A DNA stretch of 64,000 nt from the human T2T-CHM13v2.0 reference genome, Homo sapiens (GCF_009914755.1 NC_060932.1); one strand, 5' to 3'. Shown: positions 13,600 through 29,833, numbered from the stretch's first letter. Notes: generated by a model not told the origin, from the letters alone. Numbers and translations are program-made.

Positions 13600-14260
13600 A
13601 TGGGTTCTCAAACTTTTCTGCATGTTAAAATCACTTGGAGAAATTTTTTTTTGATCGTGACACCCGAGATCCCACATGTATTAGTTTTTTATTGCTGCTG
13701 TTACAAACTACCACAAACATCGTGGCTTAATGCAATCCAGCTTTATTCTCTTACAGTTCTGGAGGTCAGAGTTGAAAATTGGTCCAAAGAGCTGCTTCCT
13801 TCTAGAGGCTCTAGAGGAGAATCCATTCCTTGCCTTTTTTACCTTCTAAAGGCTGCATGCATTTCTTGGCTTGTGGCCCCTTCCTCACCGTGTGAGGCAA
13901 CAGCACAGGGTCTTCTCTGACCTCTGCCTCCATCTTTAAGCCTTATCTCTCTGACTCTGACCCTCCAGCCTTCTTTTGGTAATCACCATTGTGATGACCT
14001 TGGGCGTATTCAGATAATCCAGGATATTTTCCCCATCTACAGAGCCTTAACTTAATCATATCTGCAAAGTCTCTTACATGTAAGGGAACATATTCATAGG
14101 GTCTAAGGATTAGGTGGTGGGCATCTTTGGGAGGTTATTGTTTAGCCTATCACATCACCCCCCACCATTAAATCAGGATGTCTAGGGGTGGGAGCCAGGC
14201 AGCCATAGTTTTCGAACATCCCAGGTGTTTCCAATTATGAAGCAAAGTTTGAAAACTGCT
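13600..14260. mobile_element. MER5-like hAT MITE, split by an MLT1 LTR
   Basis: ggttctcaaactt...aaatcacttggag (left part); aatcaggatgtctaggggtggg...aagtttgaaaactgct (right part). Confidence 0.65.
13677..14154 (-). mobile_element. MLT1C/D solo LTR
   Basis: tgtattagttttttattgctgctgttacaaactaccacaaac...cagataatccaggat...gcctatcaca. Confidence 0.85.
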
Positions 14261-14324
14261 TTCCTAAATAATGAAATAACCTTTAAATGATGCCTTAATA
14301 TACCATTGAGAGGACAACTCTACG

Positions 14325-14855
14325 TTTTCAGGGGTTACACACCACCCCAAAATAGGCCGCTCTGACATATTGACTATTTTGAGTTTAGGGCACCTGAAAA
14401 ACAACAGGTGTGAGAGGGTCACTCTGACTTTCTGTTTCTTACAAGTAGGAGATGAAATTCGCTTGTGAAAGATCCCTTCCCTATAGCAGAAGGAAAGCAT
14501 CACTCTTATCATCAAGGATAGGAAGTTGAGGCCAAGGGAAATTTGTACAAACAAACCTTGTTAGACTAAACTTACCTTCCGAGCCACTTTTTCACTCAAT
14601 TAACCACTCAGCCCAAGCTTCTTGGCCTTGTGACATTTTCACAATTCATGACTCTTTAATTCTGTATGTAAGTGTTCAATCTAACTGTGCCTTTGGGTCT
14701 GCATTTCCTTATGTAGTCTCTCCTGCCATGTAAAACTTGTATTAAGTAAATTTGTTCTTCTGCTGTTGATCTGTCTTATGTCTGTCTTAAGTCAATTTAA
14801 TTCTTAGCCCCAGAAAAAAAAAAATAGGGTACAGGTAAAATTTTGCTTCCTCTGT
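14325..14855 (+). mobile_element. MER34-family (ERV1) solo LTR
   Basis: ccaccccaaaata...gactattttgag...tgtacaaacaaaccttgtta...tgttgatctgtcttatg. Confidence 0.8.
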
Positions 14856-15968
14856 AATTGTAAATTTTGGATAATTTTTCTTAACAAACTGAAGAAATTA
14901 CTGAATATTTATCAAACGACCAGAGCTATGTTCCATTTAACATCTGCAATCACTTCTTTGTTGTATCTGATCCTGACCTGGTTGCTCTTTTCCCTAACTG
15001 TGTAAACTTGGTGAGTCAATGCTGCCTTTTGCCCTTATGTAAAATGGAGCAAATGGAACTCATTTCTGTCAGAATGGTGGTGACAGTGGAGGAAGGTGTA
15101 AACCAAGTGGTTGAAATGCCATCTGTCACTGTGATGCTGCACATGTCCGTGGTCAGCTGCTGGAGGATGCATCAGCCTCAGGTTTGCATAGCCAAGAATC
15201 ATGATCTGCGGACCGCAAAAGACTGAGGCTTGTCAATGCTGCTCAAGTAACGAAAATGAAAATAACATGCACATGCACATACCCACCCATCTATCCTTCA
15301 GTGATGCCTGACGGCTGAAAGCAAGCAGAGGAGAGCTGTGAAAACAGTTAGTGGCGCCATACCTGGGAATCTTGGTGAATCTCCAAAAAACATAAAATCT
15401 CTTGCAGTAAACCTATCATCAGTCTGAGTTTACTGCATTTCACCCAGCGCTGATCCTACAGCCTCAGGGTAAACTTTTCAGAAGAGACTGGTACTGATTT
15501 TCAACCCGAACACCTGAATTTATTAGAGTCATTCTTGTCTTTTAATTGAAACAACAGGACATTCCCCAGGTTTGCAGTGATCTGCAGGATATTCTTGAAA
15601 ACTCTGAAAGGCCTGAAGAATGTGTCTCAGGCTGAAGGGAGGGAAAAGTTTCACTCTTAAGGTCCCATTTAGAGACCACATTCCCATCTCTGGACTCCTC
15701 TGTTCTGTTCATGTGGACAAATATTGCTCTTTTTTAGATATAAGATTCAACTTAGTTGACAAGCTTCATCAGTTCCTTGTTACAAGACTAATAACCACAA
15801 CTTTAATGAGCTATGAATCAGGTTTTCTAAAGCCATTATTTTCAAATCTCCTTCAACCAGCAGAGCCAATTTTTCAAATAAAATCATACAAAAGCCAATA
15901 TATACATGACAAAGGAAAAACTGTGACCTTCGCAGTTGGCACTATTATGCTTCTTAAAATAGGACATA

Positions 15969-16927
<959 letters not shown>

Positions 16928-17093
16928 TGTCTTTGTTTGGAAAAATATCTGGATGGCAGCTTAAGTTAGATGGTGAAACTCCAGGGGCGTAGGCAGAAAT
17001 GTTTGTTCCTACAGGGATGAAGTAGAGAAAGAAAAGAAGAAAAGACAGGAAGAGAAAGGGAGGAGAGAGGAGCTACAGGTAGGAAGGGACATA

Positions 17094-17139
17094 TTAGGTT
17101 GGTGTGAAAGTAAGTGCGGTTTTTACCATCACTTTTAAT
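17094..17139 (+). mobile_element. MADE1 (Hsmar1 MITE) half element
   Basis: ta|ttaggttggtgtgaaagtaagtgcggtttttaccatcactttt; second arm absent. Confidence 0.75.
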
Positions 17140-18000
17140 ATTTGCCCCCATCTCACTGAAGGACCAAAAGAGCAGCCCCCAGCAACAGACACTGAAAAGG
17201 TGCTGGGGAACAGGAATGTCTAATCCAGACTTTTAGGATTTCTTGCCATGTTGGGTGTACTATGAAACCGTGATTTCCAGCTTTCTTAAAGTTTACTATA
17301 CTTACATGTGCGTCTCATGCTAGCTGTTTAGTTTCTTTTTTTCTCACGGAAATCAGGAAAGTTTCCCATCTTCAGCAAAGCTATGTGCACTTTTAAGGAG
17401 GCAGCATCTCAGCAGAGAGAACCATGACAATGTAAGCCCTCCAGGGATCTGAAAGCATCTTGGAGAAGACTTTGCTTTGCTGAAGGCCTGGGCTTGAAAA
17501 CCCCTTATCCTAGCAATTTTACCTGGCTTTCAAAGGGCTGGGTGGGCCCAGGAATCTGTTCTGTTTGCAGCAGGGCAAAACAGATAGAGAGCCTTGTGAA
17601 ATGCCCTTGCCATGGTTCCCACCTTGACTTTGCAGAACAGAGTGCCAACCATGGACCGGGCATATAACAGCTGTGTCCCATAACAGAGTAGCAAGCACAG
17701 TTCCTCCTTGGATCTGTGCATAGCACATTCCCTGACAACACCCCTGAGAAAGAGTCACCAGGATTCAGCTTCTCCAGTCTCTTCTCACTTGGCCTTTCAG
17801 GAGGGTTGCAGGGTTGTGCCCAGAGCACAGTCGCAGAACCCACGACTGGACTGGGGCCTGAAAAACGCAATGTTCCCTGTAGCCAATTGCAGCGCTGCTT
17901 AGTAAGAAACCCTTTGCTTGTCTTTCTCCTTCCCTGTGGGATTCTGCTAGGAATCAGGCTTCCCCGACCTGACTTCTTTCTTGGAGGATGGAGTTTTAAA

Positions 18001-18309
<309 letters not shown>

Positions 18310-19069
18310 TGAAATGAAACCGTCCTCTGAACGTTCCAGCAAAGCTCCAGCAGATCGTGATTTCCCCTGACTACACACATGTGCCAGAAATGCTTTCATA
18401 TCTAAGCCATTGAGCCAAGTTCATCAACTCGCCCCAGTGAACAGAGGATTCCTTGGGACCCTCCATAGCAGGAACTGGAGGAGACAAGCAAAAGAGGCTG
18501 CCACTACTGCTCCTGCCGCACTTGTACATTTAAGGGCCAAGGAATTCCAGAGCGCAACTTCATCTTCCTGGCTTGCCTGGTCTCTGCTTCTGCTCTGGGC
18601 TCCGGGATCCAAGAACCCAGGACTTCCTCATTCTGTGTCCTGACCCCAGCACGTGCACCAGCCATAATTATATCCCCACATCACAGACATGTTTACATCC
18701 CCTTTATCTCATTTTTTTCTTTACCAATTGTGTCAGGCTGACCCCTGTTTTCTCCTTTTGGGCTTATGGAGCAACAAATCAGCAGTTGTAAATATCTGTG
18801 ACAAGGATAATTTATTTGCTACACATAAATGTGTTGGATGTAGGTGGTAACAGGAAAGAAACAAAAAAATTATTACTCAAAATGTAGTGATAAGATGCCA
18901 GGGTCTGAGTAAGTCTTCTGATGCACTTTTAGGATGGTAGAATATTTGTACCTTTTGAGAATATGAACTGAACAGCCGGTATAGTCACACATTTGGTCAG
19001 TTCTGTAAAATAGATATTAGACGACTTCTTTGACTGGGTAGGCTGTTTAATTCAGGCAGAATATTCTGA

Positions 19070-19433
<364 letters not shown>

Positions 19434-20189
19434 CCAGGTTTTTAATACCTATATGTAGTCTAGTTAAAAGGTTTTACAACAAAATGTGAATATCTCTCCT
19501 GTCTTTTTCTTCCTTTCCCAGGTGTGTGAGTGTGTGAGATGGGGCTGAGGGCTTGGAAGGTGAGCTCTAGGACAGGACCCACAGGCCTGGCGGCCTGGAG
19601 ACAGGTGCACTCAGCTTCTCATCAGTAGGGAAATAGAGTTGGTTGAAGTCAGGCTTTGGGGAGCCAGGGCCAGGGACTCTCAGCTCACCTTCTGCTGCGA
19701 AGGTGAGTCAGCTTTCATGGCCCTCAGTTCGTATCTGGTTGGGCAGGTACCAAACAAAGCAGATGACATCACCCATGCATGGAATTCCACACTGTTCTCT
19801 GCTAAACACACTGTTTTCGATAGAACCTCTCATCTACAGAGACTCCTTATGCACGTACAGTTGCCAAGTGCTGTGTGGCCCAGAGTTACCTGTCGGCTCC
19901 TGGATCAGGCTCCTGGGTTGCCTGTCTGTGTAGACAGGGCCAGGCTCGTGGAACGAAGGGCAGTGGTCTTTGGTAGCTTGGTCTGAGCAAAGTCACATCT
20001 TCTGGCATTTGGTCAGGACAGCAGAGCTCCTTCTTAACAGAGAAGAGTAAATCCTCCTCCCTGGCTCCGTGGCCCTTCAGAGGTGGAAACATTGGTTCAC
20101 TAACCCACCTTTCCACTTCTGATCATTTCTTTTTTATCACTTTTACCGGAACAAATGCAATTTCTAGCCTTCTCACTGCCCAGTTCCAG

Positions 20190-20560
20190 CAAAGCCCACG
20201 CAGCACTGTCAGATTCTTCTTCCTTAAATACAGCTTTGATCGTCATTCCTCCCCTGCTCAAAAAGCTGCAAATAGTTCCCACTACCTACAGAGGAAGGAA
20301 GACCGCACTTACTCAACCTGTCCCCGAGTCCACACAATAGGGCCTCAAGCTGCTTTTTCACCCTCTTCCCCTCCGTCCCTCCTAAATAAACCTTCCTCTT
20401 CCCTCAATTCTCTTTCCAGGTTGCTCAGAGTGTGTCTAGAACACCTTTTCCCCGGTGTCTCTGTTTAGGAATGATTCCTCCAATACCCCCACACCCCTCT
20501 CCCCGTGAAATCCTCCCCATTCTTCAAGTGTCAGCTCTTTCTCCAACTAATTCTTAATTC
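20190..20560 (+). mobile_element. L2 fragment
   Basis: gatcgtcattcctcccctgctcaaaa...cccactacctacag; ccattcttcaagtgtcagctc. Confidence 0.45.
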
Positions 20561-20645
20561 ATTCAGCCCACAGGGATGTCTTTCACTGCTCTGAATTTAC
20601 TGTCTGTTTCAGGCATTCATTTAGTGCTCCTGGTTCTCTCCAAAC

Positions 20646-21007
20646 TTTTTTAAAAAAATACTTTCCTTTTAAGTTCAGGGGTACATGTGCAGGTTTGTTA
20701 CAGAGGTAAACTCATGTCATGAGGGTTTGTTATACAGATTATTTTATCACCCAGGTACTAAGCCTAGTACCCAATAGTTATTTGTCCTGATCCTCTCCCT
20801 CCTCCCACCCTCCACTCTCCAATAGGCCCCAGTGTGTGTTGTTCCCCTCCCTGTGTCCATGTGTTCTCATTATTTAGCTCCCACTTATAAGTGAGAACAT
20901 GTGATATTTGTTTTTCTGTTCCTGCATTAGTTTGCTAAAGATAATGGCCTCCAGCTCCATCCATGTCCCTGCAAAGGACATGAGCTTATTCTTTTTTATG
21001 GCTGCAG
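20646..21007 (-). mobile_element. L1PA13-16-like 3' end, 5'-truncated
   Basis: aagttcaggggtacatgtgcaggtttgttac...ctcccacttataagtgagaacatg; TSD ttctctc.aaa.ttt. Confidence 0.9.
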
Positions 21008-21928
21008 TTTCTCTCTAAATTTATTACAACAATAAGAAATTGGTGAGTGAGCATTGGCAACTGGTGGCCCATGGCAAGGAATATTCATGGGCTGGCCCCC
21101 TTCTCCCTTTCATAGGTCAGGCCTGGTCAGGAGTGAAGAGCAGAGGGGGAATAGGAAAGTTCTTACGTGAAGAAGCATCTGGCATTTACCCTAAGAGAAA
21201 GGATGTTTCCTAAACGGCAAGGCTGTTTTGTTTAGCAAAATAGAATTCTTCACTGTTTGGGGCCAAATACACTTTGTTTTCTAAAGCAGAGTCTAAATTA
21301 CAGCTGTTCTACATAAAGCTGACGCCATTGCCTTCATCTCAGCCCCGCTGGGAGCGTGCTTCTGCCCTGTGTTCTGAGCAGCAGTAATGGATTTACGGAG
21401 ATATTCACATACTCCTCCCCAGCCCCTCCCAACCCCTGGCAGGGTCCCATTTTTACAGCATGGCTGGACAACATCTCCACACTCTACCATGCATCCTGAG
21501 CCAAATGGACAGCTCTTTCCTGACTCAAGTGTATGACCTTGGCTTCATCAATACATTAGTCTCAATAAATGAGCCAGACAGCCTCAGACCACTGTGGCAT
21601 TGATACAGGATAAAACTTTTATACCTTGTGAAGGGAGAGTCTGGTCTTCCTACAACCAAGGCATGAGAAAGCCTCTTGAACTGAATTCCAAGAAGCTGCC
21701 AGCTATGATAAAAGGGTCCCTCGACTGCAAGTTTAAATGCCTGCTTTCTGATCCTTTATTACTCCTGATATGATCGGGAAAAGAACTTTGTTCTCGGCAG
21801 AGGTTTTCTTATCAGCAAATGAAGGTTTTTTGTTTATTTGTTTCCTGACGATTTCTTGTTTCTTTTCACACTCTAAAATGCTAGGTGTCTGAAGAATCTT
21901 TGCACCGAAGACTGAAGTACATGACCAA

Positions 21929-22234
21929 TTTTTTTTTTTTTTTTTTTTTTTGAGACAGAGTCTGGCTCTGTCACCTAGGCTGGAGTGCAGTGGCAGGATC
22001 TCATCTCGCTGCAACCTCCGCCTCCCGGGTTCAGGCGATTCTTGTGCCTCAGCCTCCTGAGTAGCTGGGATTACAGGGCACCTGCCACCATGCCTGGCTA
22101 ATTTTTGTATATTTTGTAGAGATGGGGTTTTGCCGTGTTGGCCAGGCTGGTCTTGAACACCTGGACTCAAATGATCAGCCCACCTCGGCCTCCAAAAGTG
22201 CTGGGATTATAGGCATGAGCCGTCACGCCGGGCC
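21929..22234 (-). mobile_element. AluS
   Basis: Full dimer; TSD aagtacatgacc. Confidence 0.95.
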
Positions 22235-22579
22235 TAAAGTACATGACCTCTTAAGAGCTCTCCCAACATTGTGACCTCTGAGATTTGCTGTAGTCCTCAC
22301 TGCAGAAAGAATACGCATTTGTGAAAATCTGTCTCATTGCTTTGGAACTGTGCTCACAGTTCTTCTGTGCTTGTTTGCATGTCTGTTTGTTTAATCTGAA
22401 ATGGCATGTCAGTGTTTTTCAAAATTCCTCACTCTTTTGGCATCAGTTAAGATTCTTGATTGCAAGCTACAGAAATCAAGTCTGGTTAACTTAATATGAA
22501 AAGGACTCTCATGGCAGTTTCTTTGAGATCTCACACTATCAGCTCTGTGAAGTGAGAACCTGGAATAACACACAAGGCA

Positions 22580-22945
22580 TGTTATAAAGGAGCTCACTCC
22601 ATTTGCGACATTTGTCCATCGCCAGCTGGTAGGTTTCCACTCCCCTTCCCTGCTTGCCCCACACCTGGGCAACCAAGTTAAGAAGACCGTGGATGTTCTG
22701 TGCCCCTGTCAATGTCCAGGAACCTCAGATAGTACCCCGTCTAGCCCATGTGCCAGCCCCAGCCCAACTTCATCCCCTAGCCATAATAAAAGCCCAAAGC
22801 CGCCCCTAAACCACCTTAGTTGCCTTCCAACATAAGCTGTTCCCTCCTAGAACTCACCAGCTTGTGAGTCCTAAATATAATTTATTCAACTTCGTTGGTG
22901 AGAGTGTTGTGTTATCTCTCATGACACATAGAAAACCCCTGGGTT
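22580..22945 (+). mobile_element. Probable LTR47-like (ERVL) solo LTR
   Basis: ctccattt...ccacacctgggcaa...cccctagccataataaaagcccaa...tgtgagt...ttggtg resembles the recalled LTR47. Confidence 0.5.
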
Positions 22946-23665
22946 AAGCCACAGAATTCCAGCTGAACGTGGGCTGCTGCCCCTGCCTGACTCTTGATGC
23001 TGCCACAACTTCTGGGAATAATTTGCAAACTGACCCTGGGTCTTTGTGACATACCCCGAAGATTCCAAGTTCTGGATGGGAGAATTGCCATGCTTGAGCC
23101 TAGGCACGTGCCATCATCCCTGGTTGCCAGGGCAGGAGGACGATCTCCTCTTCTGCTTCCCTAGTTATGAGCACAGCAGCTTTAGAAGTATCTGGGGGAA
23201 AAACAGTGAGACAAAATAACCTTCAAACACAATACTCAAAGATGGAAATTCTGTCATTGAAAGACTTACTAATTCTTTGTGAATAAAAAATATGCACCTC
23301 TTGTAGTCTTCAGATACTTAGAAAGCTTTTTAAAAAATTGAGATAAAATTCACATAACATAAAATCTACCATTTTAACCATTTTAAAGTGTACAAATCAG
23401 TTATCTTTATTCACAATGGGGTGCAGCCACTACTAATATCCAATTCCAGGACATTTTCATCACTTCAAAAAGGTATATTTTACCCCTAAGCAGTCAGTCC
23501 CCATTCCTCCTCCTCCCTTCCCCTGGCAATCACTAATCTGCTTTCTCTCATTGTGGATTTTCCTGTTCTGGACATTTCATATACATGGACTCAGATACTT
23601 TGAGGTCTTTTCTGACTGGTTTCTTTCACTTAGCACAATATATTCAAGGTTCATTCATATTGTAG

Positions 23666-24399
<734 letters not shown>

Positions 24400-24862
24400 G
24401 GTTGTTTCAACTTTTTGGCTGTTTTGCATAATGCTCTTATAAACATTTATGTACAAGTTTCTGTGTGAATATCTGTTATCAATTCTCTTGTGTATATTCC
24501 TAGGTGGAGTGGAATTGCTTGGTCTTAACTGTAACTTCATGTTTAACTTTTTGAGGAACTACCGGAACTACTGTTTGACATTTCTGCCAACAATGTATGA
24601 GGGAGTCACTTTCTCCACATCCTCACTAACACTTGTTATTCTCATTATTATTATTTTTATAGCTCTCTTAGTGGATATGAAGTGGTATCTCATTATGGTT
24701 TTGATGTGTACTTCCCTAATGACTAGTGGTGCTGAGCATTTATTTCATGTATTTATTGACCATTTGTGTATCTTCCTTGGAGAAATTACTATTCAAATTC
24801 TTTGCCCATTTTAAAATTTTATTATCTGTCTTTTTGTTGTTGAGTTGTAATAGTTCTTTATG

Positions 24863-25200
24863 CAGTCTGAGTATCCCTTATCTGAAATGCTTGGCACCAG
24901 GAGTGTTTCAGATTTCAAATTTTTATCAGATTTTTGGAATAATTGCATATACATAATGAGATGTCTTGGGGATGGGACACAAGTCTAAACACAAAATTTA
25001 TTTATGTTTCATATACACCTTATATACATAGCCTGAAGGTAATTTATACAATATTTTAAAATAATTTTGTGCATGAAACAAAGTTTGTCTACACTGACCC
25101 ATTCGAATGCAAAGGTGTCACTATCTCATATCAGTACTCAAAGCTTTGAATTTTGGAGAATTTCGGATTTTGAAATTTTAGATTAGTAATGTTCCAAATG
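24863..25200. mobile_element. Tigger4/MER46 (Zombi) element
   Basis: gagtatcccttatctgaaatgcttgg...cttggggatgggac..aagtctaaac. Confidence 0.85.
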
Positions 25201-25281
25201 AATCTTCTGGATACAAGTGTCTTAGCAGATATATGCTTTGCAAGTATTTTCTTCCATTTTCTGGGTTATCTTTTTATATTC

Positions 25282-25536
25282 TTTTTTTTTTTTTTTTTTT
25301 GAGACAAAGTCTCACTCTGTCACCCAGGCTGGAGTGCAGTGATGCAATCTTGGCTCACTGCAACCTCTGCCTCCTGGGTTCAAGCAATTCTCCTGCCTCA
25401 GCCTCCTGAGTAGCTGGGACTACAGGCACGTGCCACCACGCCCAGCTAATTTTTATATTTTTAGTAGAGACAGGGTTTCACCATGTTGGCCAGGCTGGTT
25501 TCAAACTCCTGACCTCAGGTGATCTGCCCACCTCAG
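25282..25536 (-). mobile_element. AluSx-like, 5' end missing
   Basis: Dimer stops at gatctgcccacctcag and L1 sequence resumes. Confidence 0.9.
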
Positions 25537-27465
25537 GTGTCCTTTGAAGCAGAGTTTTTAATTGTGATAAAAGGTCTCATTTATCTATTGTTTCTTTTGC
25601 ATTTGTGGTTTTTGGTGTCACATCTAAGAAATCATTGCCTAATCCAAGGCCATGAAGACTTACCCCTATGTTTTCTTCTAGGAGAGTTATAGTCTTTGCT
25701 CCTCCATTTATGTGTTTGATTCATTTTGAGTTCATTTTTGTAGATGGTGTGAGTTAGGGATCCAACTTGATTCTATTGCTTGTGGTTATCTAATTGTCTC
25801 AGCACCATTTGTTGAAATGACTATCCTTTCCCCATTGAATGGTCTTGGTGGCACTCTTGTCAAAAATCAATTGAACACAGATGTATGATTTTATTTCTGG
25901 GCTCTCAGTTCCATTCCATTGATCTGTATGTCTATCCTTATGTCAATACCACACTGTTTTGATTATTATAGCTTCTTGATTGTTTTCATATTTGGGGGAG
26001 AAACTAAAAAAGGAACTTTTTACACTAGGGAGATTGAACTGCAAGAATTGTAAGAATACAGATGCTAAGAATACACACACAATGCTACCTATCTGATTGA
26101 GGGTAAAAATAAGGAGGTGAAAACCCTGTTTGCGTCTGAAGAAACACATAATCTGCTCTATTTAGAATAATTTTATGTTGCTGAAGAGAATACTTTGTGT
26201 TAAAATACTTTATTACAAAGAAATTTCCATTAAAAATAAAATCTTGTACTTTTTTTGAAAATTTCGTTCAAAATCTCATGACTCAAGCACAATTATTCTA
26301 ATTTCTCCATGGCTTCCTTCTAGTCTTTAGTTACATTTTACATATTTTTATGCATTTTAATCATATTATATGTAGACTTTTCCTTCTTTTTAAACTTAGC
26401 ATTGCTATAAACAATTTTATGCTCATATGGTTTTCATATATTAATAGGTACTTAAAATCATATTAATTTACATATCACAAGTTACTTAGCCAATTTATTA
26501 TTTTATATTGTTTTTCTCACAAACTTTTTTTGCTTTTAAAAATAATAAAAGCCTTGTGCTTATGGTTTGTTTTTCTATTTTTGAAGTACTTCCTTAGGAT
26601 AAATTACTATCATTATAATTAGTCAAATGGGAAGAATATTTTCACTTATTGTAGATTCTTCTCTAAAACTATGCTATCAATTTAAACTGTTGACAGCAAT
26701 GTCTGATGGGTCAGTTCCTGGGTAGTCTTGCTGATATTTGGATTTAGTAGGTTTTCTTTCTGTTAACCCATCTGATAATATAAAGTGATTATTTTAATTT
26801 TTATCTTATAATTTCTAGCCAGCTTAAATACTTTTTATGCTTATCATCTTTATTTTCTTTTACATGCTTTATTGAGAATAGAGTATTTTAAAATGTTTTC
26901 TAACTATTAAAGTAATATTTGTTGAATATAGAAAAGCATGAAAAAAAAAGCCATCTATAATCCCACCATTGAGAAAGAACTAAGCTGAGTATCTTCAGAA
27001 ATTGGAAGAATGTTGTATTCATAATTTGATTTTTTTTCCAATAACATCATTTGCCCATAGCTGACATATGGTATATAAATTTTACAGTATATTTTATTTA
27101 CTTCTAAAATGAGTATGACAAAGTGAAAGTAGAGTGCTCACATCTGAGTTTCCAGAAAGTTCTGTGCTGGAGTTCCTGGTATGACCGACAGTGTCTGGGT
27201 CGAATTGTAAAGATCTCTGCCTTGGGACAGCTGACTCTCAAGGAAGTGGCAAAGCACAGCCTGCTAAGAACCTTGCTAATAACACACTGACGTGCTTCTC
27301 ATATCTGTATTCCAAGGCCCTTCAGGAAAGGCTAGAGAGCACTACCTGTAGTTTGGCAGAGGGTCCAGTTTTTCTGCTGATCTTTTACATTTCTTAACAT
27401 CAGTTTATCCTCTTTGATCTGCCCCAATTGATTCAGACTTTTAAAAGTAGATTAATCAGTGACTA

Positions 27466-27782
27466 GGCAGGGTGCAGTGGCTCACACCTGCAATCCCAGC
27501 ACTTTGAGAGGCTGAGGCGGGCAGATTTCTTGAGCCCCGGAGTTCGAGACCAGCCTGGGCAACATAGTGAAACTCCATCTCTACAAAAAGTACAAAAAAT
27601 TAGCTGGGCATAATGGGGCACACCTGTACTCCCAGCTACTTGGGAAGCTGAGGTGGGAGGATTCATCTGTGCCCAGAAGGTAGAGGCTGCAGTAAGCAAT
27701 GATCGCACCACTTCACTCCAGCCTGGGCAACAAAAGAGACCCTATCTCTAAATAAGTAAATAAATAAATAAATAAATAAATA
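27466..27782 (+). mobile_element. AluJ with (TAAA)n tail
   Basis: cagcctgggcaacatagtg; gaggctgcagtaagcaatgatc. Confidence 0.92.
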
Positions 27783-29833
27783 CTTAATATTTGGAGTTTG
27801 CCATAAAGCATTTTTGGTTTGATGACTAAATATTTCCATAACTGTCACAATGAACTCAACAGCTGACTCATACTTTAAAGATTAATAAAAAGAGAAACTT
27901 TTGACCTCTATTTGATGCTTGGGGTTTCATTAAACTTATGCATCTATCCCAGCCATCATTTTTCTTTATTTTGTAATTGTTGAATCTAATTATATTCATG
28001 CATAGACCATTTTATAATTTACAAGGGTTAGAGTATCCTCGACATTTGAGGAAGCTTTTGCCTTGGGAATGAGTTGTGAGCATCTGCTCTGAGTATTTGG
28101 GAAAATGTTCAACTTGCAGTGGCCACAGTATAAATCCAAAGTCTAAGGGCAAATTCTGTGGAAGTAGCCAGTTCTTCGTTCCAAGAAATATTTTCTAGTC
28201 TTTTGGGGAGCCCTCACTATTTATAGACACTGTTGTATTTTAGAGTTTTCTTTCACAACAATACTCATGCTTCCCTTCTATTTATCCACAACAGTTTGGC
28301 TCCTTTGAAGACTTGGGATTTTCCTGAAGACAGAATTCACTTTGGAGTCAGGTCACCATGATAGCCTTTTACCATCTTAGAGCTAATATTTTGTGGGCAA
28401 TAACCTTGCGAACTGCACAGAGATTTCAAGTTGATTATTTGACTGCCCAATTGTTTCAAGCTATGAAATTGTCAGATACTTACAAGCACCATGTGCTGAA
28501 AACTACCATCTTCTGCAGTGCTCACAAGGGTCTGTTTTAATTGGTGGCTTTACTCAGCCATGTTTCTGTTTTTCAAACCCCGGAGTCAGTTGGACTGCCT
28601 CCATATCACCACTTACCACTTCCAAGAGGAGATGAGTTCCCAGCCCATCGCTGCATACCCACCAGCTTGGACGTAGCTCCAGTTGCTGCCAAACAACAGC
28701 CTCGATAACTTTTGAGGTTTCTTCTGTTCCTGGGAGGCTATGATTCAGTCTTGTCTTCTAGCAATATTATGGAAACTGCATGCCAGTAACCTTTTAGATA
28801 TCATCTTGATCTTCATGATACTGACTCATAAACTTAATAACTCTTCTAATTTGCAAAAGCAAAAATGTACACTGGAAAGATCATTATGCCCCCGCTAGGT
28901 TTGAAGCCTGGCTTCCAAGGCTTAGCTTCCTCATCAGAAAACAGAGACCTCACCTATCTCTTCCCCTAGCTGTTGGTATTGTTGGTTTCCTCTTTTCCTC
29001 CTTTAGCTGCAGGAGGCATTGTTTTAGAAAGAAAATCTGCTCACAGAAAGAACCATTCACTTTCTTTTCACCTGTGTGGGGCTAATCCTGCTGTGCTCCT
29101 CTGAGTGGTGGCAACCCTTGGGTTCTTCTCTTACCTGGAGTTGCAAGAGGAGCACAGACACCATTTCACTTAAGGGCACATTTTGGATGTGTGGCAGGGA
29201 GCCAGCCCATTTGTCATACAATGAGAGGAATGAGCCAAATTATTCTCAGTTGGGTTCATAACAAATTCAGTTGGGGTGGGAGTCTGGAAATAAAGGAGAC
29301 AGGAAATGGTAATGAAATGGAAAATATATTTGCATAAATGTGTATAATTTCCCAAATCTTCCTGTAGGTTTAGAAAACCCATGGACTCTGTTGAGACAAT
29401 CACTGGTGCTTTTTAGGGCCCCTGTCCCTTTCCTCTGCTCCTGAACAAGCCCGTGAAAAGCGGTCTCATCTCCAGAGGCCCTTGGATAGAACTGGAAAGA
29501 GATACTGATGCTCACAGGGATGTGCAGGGAGGAGCTGGGCCAAGCTGGGAACCTCTGGTTTGCATATGTTTAGGCAAGGCCTCCGAGGAGCACTGGGCAT
29601 TCTGTGAGAAGAGATACAACTGCCAATGTCTTTGCTTGGAGTAGGTCTTCCTTCCTAAGTTTTAGCAAGTGACGTGAAGACCATCTGGCCTTTGGCTTTA
29701 TACGGGCAGCCCAGGCCTTAGCAATCTCTCATGTTTCACAAGCACAAGCTGCTTGGGCTGGCCAAGGAGTCCCAGCGTCACAGGCCCTTGACCTTCCCAG
29801 TCACCATGTTGCTTTGCTCTGTGTGCTCTCCTC

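Noticed and set aside
18424-18612. 62-aa ORF with a transmembrane-like segment
   Set aside because: Starts at TTG, not ATG, and has no supporting gene structure
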